From: Verrucomicrobiales bacterium
GTDB lineage: Bacteria; Verrucomicrobiota; Verrucomicrobiia; Verrucomicrobiales; SLCJ01
Direction: 5' to 3'
NCBI GenBank assembly: GCA_046075565.1
Contig: JBJTQJ010000043.1
Span: 1-55,034, forward strand
DNA length: 55,034 bases
A program made the translations under genes and the position numbers. Positions within the stretch are counted from its first letter, which is position 1; each line of letters starts with the position of its first letter. The notes below the pieces were generated by a model, which searched no databases, had not been told where the DNA came from, and saw only the letters and a list, made by a program, of their open reading frames with translations. Below are positions 16,279 through 25,409 of the stretch, piece by piece.

Positions 16279-17466
16279 TTAGATCACCACGGCCCAGAGC
16301 ACCTTGAGGTAACGGCTTTCCGGGCAGTTGGATAACACCGGGTGGTCGGGTCCGGCGCCGGTGCGCTCGAGAAAGCGGAGGCGACGGCCGACGCGGTGGG
16401 CGGCTTTGACGACGATGGCTTCGAAGTCCTCGGCACTCACGAGTCCGGAGCAGGAGCAGGTGACGAACAATGCACCGGGTTCGGCGAGGGTGAGGGCGAT
16501 GGCGTTTAGGTCGTTGTATTTCCTCATGCCTTCCTCATGGCTGTCGCGTCCGTGCACGAACTTCGGCGGGTCGAGGATGATGACCGGCCATGTCTCGCCG
16601 TTGCGTTGCATCTGGCGCAGATAAGTGAAGGCGTCGGCATGAACCAGATTGAGGCGGGTCTGGTTGATGTTCATGTTGCGTTTTGCCTGCGCGATGGCTT
16701 CCTCATCGAGATCCACGGCGGTGACGTCCGGGCTTTCTCCGGCGAGTTTGGCGGCGAGGGCGAAGCCGCCGCTGTAGGAACAAATGTCGAGCACGCGGCG
16801 GCCTTTTGTCCATTCGCCGAGGCGTTTGCGGTTTTCGCGTTGGTCGCAGAAGAAGCCGGTCTTGTGTCCGGTGCCGAAGTCGGCTTCGTAGCGGATGCCA
16901 TTTTCCTGGAATTTCACCGAGGCGACGGGATCACTTTCGTCGCCGCGCACGATGATGCCTTCCATACGGGCGATGTCGGGATCGACGGAGATGCGGGCGC
17001 GTCGGGTGCCGAGCAGGTGGTGCATTTCCGGAATCCACGCGGGCAGCATTTTCCAAATGCCGAGGGTGGTTACTTCGATGGAGAGCACATCGGCATAGCG
17101 GTCCACGACGAGGCCCGGCAGGCCGTCGCCATCGGAGTGGATGACCCGGTAAGCTTCGGTGGTGTCGTCGAGGCGGAGGAAATCTTTCCTGAGGGCGATG
17201 GCTTCGCGCAGGCGGATTGTTAGGAAATCATCAGGTGGAGGCTGCGATCCATGATGGAACATGCGCAGTGGCACCCGCGCGCCGTGATTGAGGAATCCCG
17301 TGCCGAAATAGTCGCCATTGCGGTCATAAACATGCACGGTCGAACCGCTGCGGATCGATCCCGAGTTGTCGCCGAGGAAACGCGGGAAGACACTCGGGTG
17401 GAAGGTGTAATACTTGAGCTGCACCCAGGGCAAGTGGCGCTCGGAGAGGGCGGGGACGGGATTCAT
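16279..17466 (-). CDS. rlmI: Class I SAM-dependent rRNA methyltransferase, RlmI family
   Basis: YRVIHSDGDGLPGLVVDRY, GHKTGFFCDQRENR, ILDPPKF, TCSCS, DHP..PESRYLK. Confidence 0.88.
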   Translation of the reverse strand: MNPVPALSERHLPWVQLKYYTFHPSVFPRFLGDNSGSIRSGSTVHVYDRNGDYFGTGFLNHGARVPLRMFHHGSQPPPDDFLTIRLREAIALRKDFLRLDDTTEAYRVIHSDGDGLPGLVVDRYADVLSIEVTTLGIWKMLPAWIPEMHHLLGTRRARISVDPDIARMEGIIVRGDESDPVASVKFQENGIRYEADFGTGHKTGFFCDQRENRKRLGEWTKGRRVLDICSYSGGFALAAKLAGESPDVTAVDLDEEAIAQAKRNMNINQTRLNLVHADAFTYLRQMQRNGETWPVIILDPPKFVHGRDSHEEGMRKYNDLNAIALTLAEPGALFVTCSCSGLVSAEDFEAIVVKAAHRVGRRLRFLERTGAGPDHPVLSNCPESRYLKVLWAVVI

Positions 17467-18110
17467 GCGCGGGCGGGAACGGGGCTGGCGGGCGCGGCGA
17501 ATCCCCGCAGCACACGCAGGCCATTGTCCTGGCTGCGTTCGGGGTGGAATTGCACGCCCTCGATGGCGCCCGTTTCGATGGCGCAGGCGAACGGTCCATC
17601 GTAGTCGGTCCAGCCCGCGACGATGTTGTCATCTTCCGGCACCGGATGGAACGAATGCACGAAATAGAAATACGGGTTGGCAGGCAATCCATCCCAGAGG
17701 CGGAGACCGTCTTTGGCGATGCGCACGGTATTCCATCCCATGTGGGGGACCTTGAGGCCGGGTTTGGCCGCGAAACGTTTCACGGTTCCCCGGAATTTGC
17801 CGAGGCCTTGCAGTCCGGGGCTTTCCTCGCTCGTGTCGAAGAGGATCTGGTAGCCGAGGCAGATGCCGAAATAGGGACGGTCGGCCATGACCCATTCGCG
17901 CAGCGGTTCCCAAAGCGATTGGGTGCGCAGATTCGCCACACAATCACCGAAGGAGCCGACCCCTGGCAGGATGATTTTTTCGATGCCGGCGAGGTCATCG
18001 GGGCCGCGCACGAGTTTCGGTTCCACGCCGAAGGAACGCAACGCGTTGTGCACGCTGAGCAGATTGCCGGCGCCGTAATCGATGAGTCCTAGGGTGGGGG
18101 AGGTGGACAT
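17463..18110 (-). CDS. hisH: Imidazole glycerol phosphate synthase glutaminase subunit
   Basis: IDYGAGN, LPGVGSF, GICLGYQ, VPHMGWN, YFVHS, QFHPE. Confidence 0.97.
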   Translation of the reverse strand: MSTSPTLGLIDYGAGNLLSVHNALRSFGVEPKLVRGPDDLAGIEKIILPGVGSFGDCVANLRTQSLWEPLREWVMADRPYFGICLGYQILFDTSEESPGLQGLGKFRGTVKRFAAKPGLKVPHMGWNTVRIAKDGLRLWDGLPANPYFYFVHSFHPVPEDDNIVAGWTDYDGPFACAIETGAIEGVQFHPERSQDNGLRVLRGFAAPASPVPARA

Positions 18111-18121
18111 GGATAACTCGT

Positions 18122-19576
18122 TCAGCCGGGTTCGTTGTCGTCGCGGGTGCGGTCGCGGAAGCGCATCAGTTCACCGAGGAAGACAAGCGGGACGTCGCCG
18201 GTGGGGCCGTTCCGTTGTTTGGCGATGAAGAGCTCGGCCTTGTTGCCTTTCTCCTCGCGGTCTTCATCGTCCTTGGCGTAGTAGGCATCGCGCACGAGCA
18301 GACCGACGAGGTCGGCGTCCTGCTCGATGGAGCCGGATTCCCGGAGGTCGGAAAGGCGGGGTTTTCCGCCCTCGCGTTGTTCCGGATTCCGGTTGAGCTG
18401 CGCCAGCACGATGACGGGGATTTTCAGTTCCTTGGCGAGCGCCTTGATGCCGGAGGAAATTTCCGAGATCTCCTGCTGGCGGTTCTCCTGGGCGCGTTTG
18501 GTGGTGGAGCGCATCAATTGCAGGTAGTCGATGGCGACGAGGGACAGTGGTTGCTGCGAGTGGACCCGGCGGGCTTTGGCGCGCAACTCGATGATGGAGA
18601 TGCTCGGCGTGTCGTCGATGAAGAGTTTTTTCTCCGCCAGTTCCTTGCCTGTGGACATGATGCGTGCGAAGTCGGCCTTGTTGGCATAACCGTCGCGGAT
18701 GCGTTTGAGGGAAACCCCGGCGCGCGCGCAAATGAGACGTTGCACCAGTTGCTGCGAAGACATTTCCAGGGAGAAAACGAGGGCGGCCTGATTCATGTCG
18801 CAGGCCACGTGTTCGACGATGTTCATCACCAGCGAGGTCTTGCCCATGGACGGCCGGGCCGCAATGACGATCATTTCGGAGGCGTGCAGACCGTCCGTCA
18901 TGGTGTCGAAGTCCTTGAATCCGGTCGCCAGCCCGCTCAGCTCGCCTTTGCTGCTCATCATCTTGTTCAAGCCGCCGACCGCCTCCAATACCTCGCCCTT
19001 GAGGGTGCGCACGGTGTTTTTGGTGTCGGATTGGCGGATGTCGAGGATGTCCTTTTCCACCTCGTCGAGCAGGCCTTTCACATCCCCCTGTTCGTCGTGG
19101 GCGCGGGTGACACAGCGCGTGCAGGACGCGATGATCGAACGGAGCACACGTTTGTCCTCCAGAATTTCCACATATTGCTCGAACAGGGCCGTCGTCGGCA
19201 CGTAGTCCATCAATTCGGACAAATAGGCCGCGCCGCCGACCTCGTTCAATTTCCCGATGTTGTGCAGGTGGGCGGTCAGGGTGACCAGGTCGAGGTGCAG
19301 CCGCTGGTCCTTGAGGGTCGAGATGGCGGCGAAAATCTCCCGGTGGGCGGGATTGAGGAAGGCCTCGGGCTTAAGTTTGCCCAGAACGTTGCCGAGGCAG
19401 CCCTCCGGGTCGACCATCATACAGCAGAGCCCGCCTTTTTCGGCCTCTTCGCTCGACGGCAGGGCCCGGACCGGATCGACCGTTTCTGGCTGGGACTTGC
19501 CCCGCCCGGACCTCTTGGTGCCCCCGGGAACGAGGCTGGCGGCGGATTCGGTGATGGAAGGTGCGGGGTCGGCCAT
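18122..19576 (-). CDS. dnaB: Replicative DNA helicase
   Basis: AARPSMGKT, FSLEMS, IDYLQLM, QLNR, DLRESGSIEQDAD, KQRNGP. Confidence 0.98.
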   Translation of the reverse strand: MADPAPSITESAASLVPGGTKRSGRGKSQPETVDPVRALPSSEEAEKGGLCCMMVDPEGCLGNVLGKLKPEAFLNPAHREIFAAISTLKDQRLHLDLVTLTAHLHNIGKLNEVGGAAYLSELMDYVPTTALFEQYVEILEDKRVLRSIIASCTRCVTRAHDEQGDVKGLLDEVEKDILDIRQSDTKNTVRTLKGEVLEAVGGLNKMMSSKGELSGLATGFKDFDTMTDGLHASEMIVIAARPSMGKTSLVMNIVEHVACDMNQAALVFSLEMSSQQLVQRLICARAGVSLKRIRDGYANKADFARIMSTGKELAEKKLFIDDTPSISIIELRAKARRVHSQQPLSLVAIDYLQLMRSTTKRAQENRQQEISEISSGIKALAKELKIPVIVLAQLNRNPEQREGGKPRLSDLRESGSIEQDADLVGLLVRDAYYAKDDEDREEKGNKAELFIAKQRNGPTGDVPLVFLGELMRFRDRTRDDNEPG

Positions 19577-19587
19577 GGCGGGGGACG

Positions 19588-19616
19588 AATCTACCCGCTC
19601 CGGGGAAAGATCGCAA
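19588..19616 (-). promoter_or_regulatory. Putative sigma70 promoter of dnaB
   Basis: TTGCGA-17 bp-TAGATT, 11 nt before the ATG. Confidence 0.55.
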
Positions 19617-19948
19617 GAACCCGCGGGGCTTTCGCAAGAACTTTGAATTATTTTTCCTCCCGGCGTCGTTCACTCCAGAGCGGATTTTTCCCGGAAAAAC
19701 CGGGGGATGTTTCAATTGGAGGATCCTCCGGATTTCGATTGCGCGATGTTACGAAAGAATTTACTTTACAAATTCGCCCGAATTCGGTGGAAAAGAGAAG
19801 ATCCACTGCAATTCCGGACGACCGCTCCCCGTAACTGGTGCGGTGCTGACAGGTTTACGTGGATCCCACGTGGCTCTGGTGGCTCCGCACATCCGTTCGG
19901 GGCAGCCGGGCCATACCTATCCAGACCAGAGACGCCGCCACAACCACA

Positions 19949-21400
19949 ATGTCCAGTTTTGAACTAGACGGGGGAATCAAGATCTACCTGCGGGAGATCG
20001 GAAAAACCCCATTACTTACCCCCGACGAGGAAGTCCAGCTCGCCGCCCGCATCAAAAAGGGCGATGAGTCGGCTCGGGCCCACATGATCAAGGCCAACCT
20101 CCGCCTTGTGGTGAAAATCGCCCAGGACTACGCCAACTACGGCCTGCCCCTGCTCGACCTCATTTCCGAAGGCAATATCGGCCTGATGAAGGCCGTGGAA
20201 CGCTTCGACCCCGCCAAAGGGGGCAAACTCTCCACCTATGCCGCCTGGTGGATCAAGCAGTCCATCAAACGCGCCTTGGCCAACCAGAGCAAGACCATCC
20301 GTTTGCCGGTGCACATGGTCGACAAGATTTCAAAAATGCGCCGCGTCGCCATGGTCCTGGCCGAGGAACTCGGCCGCGAACCCAGCGACGAGGAGCTGGC
20401 CGAGGAAATCGGCATCGATCGGGCCAAACTCGCCCACCTCAAATCTGCTGCCCTCCGCCCGGCCTCGCTCGACGCGCCTATCAGCGACGACGATACCACG
20501 GAATTCGGGGAAATTGTCGGCGATGAGAACGCACAGACTCCGTTCGAGCTGCTCAGCCACAAGAATATGCACCTGCAGCTCGACGGGCTGCTCGAAGTGT
20601 TGGACGAGCGCGAGCTGAAAATCATCGAGGCACGGTTCGGTCTCAACGGCCAGAAGCCCCGCACCCTCGAAGAAGTGGGTCAGGAATTCGGCGTGACCCG
20701 GGAACGGATCCGCCAGCTGCAGAATATCGCCCTCAAGAAGCTCCGCCGGGCCCTCCAGAAACGCGAAGACCCCGGTCCACGCGCGACCAACAAGGGAGGC
20801 CGCCGCCGCCGCGGTTCAGCCCGCGCCGACGACGATTTCGGCGATGATGATTTTGACGATCTCAACGACGACGACCACGGCGACGATTTCAAGGTCGATG
20901 ACCACCCCGAGCGCGGGGATGATCATTTCGATGAGCCGACCGAACGGCTGGAAAAAGTGGTGATTTATCCATCGGCACCCCTTGAGGAAGGACCCGCCAA
21001 GGCGGAAGTGGCCTTGGTTGAGCTACTTTCAAAGGTTCCGGTGGCCGCAACCAAGGCCGCCAAAGCCTCTGCGAAAGCCTCTGCGAAGGCTCTGGCGAAA
21101 TCTGCCGCCGCACCTGCCAAGTCCAAGGCTTCGGCCAAGGCAGCCGAACCTGCGGCTAAAGCTTCCGCCAAGCCTGCGACCAAATCGCCAGCCAAACAAC
21201 CGGCCAAAGAACCGGCCAAACCCGCGCCCAAGCCTGCGGCGAAAGCTGCCGCAAAAGCTCCGGCGAAAGCTGCCGCAAAAGCTCCGGCCAAGGCACCCGC
21301 GAAAGCTGCGGCGAAACCGGCGGCAAAAGCTCCGGCCAAGGCTGCAGCAAAGGCTCCTGCCAAGGCGTCCAAGCCTGCGAAACCAGCCAAGAAGCGATAA
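19949..21400 (+). CDS. RpoD/SigA-family sigma70 factor lacking region 1.1, with C-terminal acidic patch and histone H1-like tail
   Basis: YLREIG, NLRLVV, DLISEGNIGLMKAVERFDP, STYAAWWIKQ, RTLEEVG..VTRERIRQ; followed by a D-rich patch and (PAKAAAKA)n. Confidence 0.93.
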   Translation: MSSFELDGGIKIYLREIGKTPLLTPDEEVQLAARIKKGDESARAHMIKANLRLVVKIAQDYANYGLPLLDLISEGNIGLMKAVERFDPAKGGKLSTYAAWWIKQSIKRALANQSKTIRLPVHMVDKISKMRRVAMVLAEELGREPSDEELAEEIGIDRAKLAHLKSAALRPASLDAPISDDDTTEFGEIVGDENAQTPFELLSHKNMHLQLDGLLEVLDERELKIIEARFGLNGQKPRTLEEVGQEFGVTRERIRQLQNIALKKLRRALQKREDPGPRATNKGGRRRRGSARADDDFGDDDFDDLNDDDHGDDFKVDDHPERGDDHFDEPTERLEKVVIYPSAPLEEGPAKAEVALVELLSKVPVAATKAAKASAKASAKALAKSAAAPAKSKASAKAAEPAAKASAKPATKSPAKQPAKEPAKPAPKPAAKAAAKAPAKAAAKAPAKAPAKAAAKPAAKAPAKAAAKAPAKASKPAKPAKKR

Positions 21401-21408
21401 TCCTGCCG

Positions 21409-21430
21409 GCAGCGGAAACGGTTCCGCTGC
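21409..21430 (+). terminator. GC hairpin after the sigma gene (possible terminator or stabiliser)
   Basis: GCAGCGGAA-acgg-TTCCGCTGC; no U tract. Confidence 0.35.
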
Positions 21431-21564
21431 GGGCGAAAGCTTCAGGAGTCGCTGGGAATGGTTTTGCGTTCCTTGGGGCAATGTGCAAAATCGTCGCCCC
21501 GGGCAATCTTTGTTGAAAGTTTCTATCCCACACGCCCTGTTAAGCAACCATCTCCGGTTCAAAC

Positions 21565-22860
21565 ATGGATACCTCGCACACCTCCGCCCGCAGTTCTTCC
21601 GTCATTCCCCGTCTCTCCCTGATGATGTTTCTCCAGTTCTTCATCTGGGGAGGCTTTTTTGTCACCATGGGCAGTTACATGCTGCAACTTTTCGGCAAAG
21701 AAGAGAACATCAATACCATCATCGGCCAGGCCTACGCCACGCAAACGTGGGCCGGGTTGATCGCCCCGCTTTTTGTCGGTCTGATCGCGGATCGTTTTTT
21801 CAACGCGGAAAAGGTCAATGCCATCTGCCACATCCTCGGGGCCGGTGTGCTCTGGTATGCGAGCACGGTCACGGAACCGTCCACCTTTATCTGGACGATG
21901 TTCCTTTACTTCATGCTCTACATGCCGACCCTCGCGCTGGTCAATGCCATCGCCTTCTCCAACATTGAAAGTGCGGAGAAACAATTCCCCGCCATCCGTG
22001 TTTGGGGCACCATCGGCTGGATTGCCTCGGGATTTATCGTGGCCCAAACCGTGCTCGGATTCGTCGAGATTCCCCTCATCAAGGCAATTACCGGTGTGGA
22101 AAATGCTCAGAAGACCGCCATCCCGTTGCAGATGTGCGCGATTGTTTCCGCGATTTACGGCATCTACAGTTTCACCCTGCCGGCCTGCAAGCCGGGAGCC
22201 AAAGGCACGCCGATGAATATCGGCAAGGCCCTAGGCTTCGACGCGCTCCAGCTTTTCGCCAAACCCGGGTTCGCCGTTTTCGCCATCTGCTCGTTCCTCG
22301 TCTGTATTCCGCTGGCCTTCTATTACGCCCGCACCAACGATTTCATCTCGGCCATGGCCTTCGGAGAAAAGTCGGCCTCTTACATGACCATCGGGCAGAT
22401 CTCCGAAATCGGTTTCATGCTGCTTGTGCCGTTTTTCCTCGCCCAGCTCGGTGTGAAAAAAATGCTGCTGGTGGGGATGCTGGCCTGGACGCTCCGCTAC
22501 GCGCTTTTCGCGTGGTTTCCCGAGTCCACCGCCATGTTGCTCCTGGGTGTTGCGTTGCACGGCATTTGTTATGACTTCTTCTTCGTGACCGGCCAGCTCT
22601 ATACGGATCGCGTGGCTCCCAAGGAAATCCGCGCCAGTGCCCAGGCGCTGATCGGCCTGCTCACGTATGGTGCCGGCATGCTCGTCGGCAATATCGTTCT
22701 CGGGGCCTGGGGTGATCGCCTCGCACTCGATGGCACCACCAAGGAAGGCTGGCTCGCCGACGCGGCTCAGTTCTGGGGTATGCCCGCCGCCGCCGCCCTC
22801 GCGGTCGCGATTGTTTTCTTCCTCAGTTTCCGCGAACCCGCTCGCACCGAACAAAACTGA
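21565..22860 (+). CDS. MFS transporter, nucleoside:H+ symporter (NupG/XapB/YegT) family
   Basis: RLSLMMFLQFFIWG, FPAIRVWGTIGWI, GQISE, LHGICYDFFFVTGQLY. Confidence 0.92.
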   Translation: MDTSHTSARSSSVIPRLSLMMFLQFFIWGGFFVTMGSYMLQLFGKEENINTIIGQAYATQTWAGLIAPLFVGLIADRFFNAEKVNAICHILGAGVLWYASTVTEPSTFIWTMFLYFMLYMPTLALVNAIAFSNIESAEKQFPAIRVWGTIGWIASGFIVAQTVLGFVEIPLIKAITGVENAQKTAIPLQMCAIVSAIYGIYSFTLPACKPGAKGTPMNIGKALGFDALQLFAKPGFAVFAICSFLVCIPLAFYYARTNDFISAMAFGEKSASYMTIGQISEIGFMLLVPFFLAQLGVKKMLLVGMLAWTLRYALFAWFPESTAMLLLGVALHGICYDFFFVTGQLYTDRVAPKEIRASAQALIGLLTYGAGMLVGNIVLGAWGDRLALDGTTKEGWLADAAQFWGMPAAAALAVAIVFFLSFREPARTEQN

Positions 22861-22913
22861 CATTTCCTTTTTCCAATACCTTCTTGATCCGAAATATCAA
22901 ACCAATTCCGCTC

Positions 22914-24203
22914 ATGCTTACACGCCGCAACGCCATCAAGTCCATGGCCGCCATGGCCACCGTGCAAATCGTGCCCCGCCACGTCATCGGGCAGGGAGTC
23001 ACGCCCCCGAGCGAGACGCTCACCAAGGCAGTCATCGGGTGCGGTGGCATGTCGGAAGCCCACCTTTTCAGTTACACCGGCAAATTGCTCGCCATCTGCG
23101 ATGTGGACAAAAAACATCTCCAGGGGCGGCTTGATGAATGCAAAGGCAAGGGCTGGAATGACGTGAAGGCCTACCACGACTACCGTGAGGTTCTCCAGCG
23201 TCCCGACATCGACATCGTCCATATCGTCACGCCTCCCCATTGGCATGGTCTCATGGCCATCGCCGCTGCCAAAGCCGGCAAGGATATCTGGTGCGAGAAA
23301 CCGATGACCCGCACCATCGGCGAGGGACTCAAGGTGATCGAAGCCATCGAGAAGCACCAGCGTATGATGCGCATCAACACTTGGTTCCGCTTTGACAGCC
23401 GCTACTACAGCACGATGAAACCCAGTCGCGATATCCGCAAGGCGGTGGCCGCAGGGCTCTTCGGTTGGCCGCTCAAGTTCAATATCGGCAACAACCTCGT
23501 CGGCGGTGGCTGGAAGCTCCGCATGTGGATGGGCCGCACCGATCTCAAGGAACAGCCCGTGCCCGAGGAACTGGACTACAATCGCTGGCTCGGTCCCGCG
23601 CCCGTGAAGCCCTACCACCCGCACCGCGTGCACCAGTCGTTCCGCGGCTACTGGGATTACGATGGCGGCGGCCTCGGCGACATGGGCATGCATTTCCTCG
23701 ATCCCGCCCAATACATTCTCGGCAAAGATGACACCAGCCCCATCAGCATCGAAGTTGATGGAGATCCGCAGGACAAAGATGCCGTCCTGCCTTGGCGTAA
23801 GATCGTTCTCCGTTACGAGGATGGATGTGAAATCCACCTCTGGGGCGAAACCAAGGAGCCGGAGAATCTTCCCATCATCGAAGGTCCGGAAGGCAAATTG
23901 TTCCCCGGCTTCAAGAGCGACATCGCCGGCTTCAAGGACAAGGTGGAAGCCCTGCCCGATCCCGACCTCGGTATCACCGATTTCCAAATATCGGTGCGTG
24001 AACGCAAGAAATTCGCCCTCAACGAGGTCAACGGCCATCGCTCCACTACGATTATCAATCTGGCCAAGACCGCGCTCCAGGTTGGCCGCAGCCTGACCTT
24101 TGATCCGGTCAAACAAGTCTTCACCGGCGAAGAATCCGAGGCGGCCAATGCCTACATCCACCAGCCCATGCGCCCTGAATTCAACTACGAGACCGCCACT
24201 TGA
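22914..24203 (+). CDS. Gfo/Idh/MocA oxidoreductase with Tat-like leader
   Basis: TRRNAIK, IGCGGM, TPPHWH, CEKP, GDMGMHFLD. Confidence 0.9.
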   Translation: MLTRRNAIKSMAAMATVQIVPRHVIGQGVTPPSETLTKAVIGCGGMSEAHLFSYTGKLLAICDVDKKHLQGRLDECKGKGWNDVKAYHDYREVLQRPDIDIVHIVTPPHWHGLMAIAAAKAGKDIWCEKPMTRTIGEGLKVIEAIEKHQRMMRINTWFRFDSRYYSTMKPSRDIRKAVAAGLFGWPLKFNIGNNLVGGGWKLRMWMGRTDLKEQPVPEELDYNRWLGPAPVKPYHPHRVHQSFRGYWDYDGGGLGDMGMHFLDPAQYILGKDDTSPISIEVDGDPQDKDAVLPWRKIVLRYEDGCEIHLWGETKEPENLPIIEGPEGKLFPGFKSDIAGFKDKVEALPDPDLGITDFQISVRERKKFALNEVNGHRSTTIINLAKTALQVGRSLTFDPVKQVFTGEESEAANAYIHQPMRPEFNYETAT

Positions 24204-24211
24204 TTTTGCAG

Positions 24212-25285
24212 ATGAAGAAGATTCGAGTCCTCAATGTCGGATGCGGCCACATGGGCCGCTCCCACGCCCTCGCCTACCACCAGTTGGATGAATTCGAACT
24301 CGTCGGGTTGGTCAGCCGTGGCCAAGCGAGCCGTGACAAGGTGAATGCCGAACTCGGTGGTGGTTACGCCGGTTTCTCCGACTTTCACGCCGCGCTCTCC
24401 GAGACCAAACCCGATGCCGTCTCCATCAGCACCTATCCTGATACCCATTACGAATACGTGAAAACCGCGCTCGAAGCCGGTTGCCACATCTTCTGCGAGA
24501 AGCCGCTCGCGGAAACGGTCGAACAAGCCGCCGAATTGATCGAGCTTTCCCGTGCCAAAGGACTCAAACTCGTTGTCGGATACATCCTGCGCGTCCATCC
24601 CTCGTGGAAAAAATTCATCGAGATGTCGCATGGTCTGGGCAAACCGCTCGTCATGCGCATGAACCTGAACCAGCAGAGCAGCGGCGAGAACTGGCAAACC
24701 CACCGCGCCCTCATGAGTTCGATCTCGCCCATTGTCGATTGTGGTGTCCACTACGTCGATGTGATGTGCCAGATGACCCGCAGCCGTCCCATCCGCGTTT
24801 CCGGTATCGGAGCCCGTTTGACCGACGACCTGCCCCCGGGCAAAATCAATTATGGGCATCTCCAGGTGACGTTCGAAAATGGTTCCGTCGGATGGTATGA
24901 AGCCGGTTGGGGACCGATGATGTCGGAAGTCGCATTTTTCGTAAAGGATGTGGTTGGACCCAAAGGTTGCGTGAGCATTATGGCCCGCAACGCCGGCGGC
25001 GCTGGTGCCTCCGCCGATGTCGATTCCCATACCAAAACGGAATCGCTCAAACTTCACCATTCCCAGCTCAACGCCGAGGGCAAGTTCGCGCGAGCCGATG
25101 AATGGGTGGACCTTGCCGACGAACCAACCCACGACGACCTCTGCCGCCGCGAGCAGGACTACTTCCTCGCCGCGATCCAAGGGAAGGAAGATCTCACCAG
25201 TCACCTCGACGACGCCATCAACAGCATGCGTATCGTCGCCGCCGCTGACGAGAGCTTCCGCACCGGCAAGACCATCGAGTTGTGA
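24212..25285 (+). CDS. Gfo/Idh/MocA oxidoreductase (cytoplasmic)
   Basis: VGCGHMGRSH, CEKPLA, DCGVHYVD. Confidence 0.9.
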   Translation: MKKIRVLNVGCGHMGRSHALAYHQLDEFELVGLVSRGQASRDKVNAELGGGYAGFSDFHAALSETKPDAVSISTYPDTHYEYVKTALEAGCHIFCEKPLAETVEQAAELIELSRAKGLKLVVGYILRVHPSWKKFIEMSHGLGKPLVMRMNLNQQSSGENWQTHRALMSSISPIVDCGVHYVDVMCQMTRSRPIRVSGIGARLTDDLPPGKINYGHLQVTFENGSVGWYEAGWGPMMSEVAFFVKDVVGPKGCVSIMARNAGGAGASADVDSHTKTESLKLHHSQLNAEGKFARADEWVDLADEPTHDDLCRREQDYFLAAIQGKEDLTSHLDDAINSMRIVAAADESFRTGKTIEL

Positions 25286-25409
25286 GCCGGCTGTAGAGCG
25301 TCAGGCGGGGTGTATCGTTCGTGCGAGCGACGGACACGACCCTGCGGGATCGTGTGCCTCCGTTAGGTGGAAAGATTGAAGCAAGGGCATGCTGCCCGTT
25401 GCGCGGTCC

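Noticed and set aside
20965-21968. Arg/Pro-rich and Ala/Phe/Gly-rich ORFs overlapping the sigma tail
   Set aside because: Alternative-frame readings of the AKP repeat
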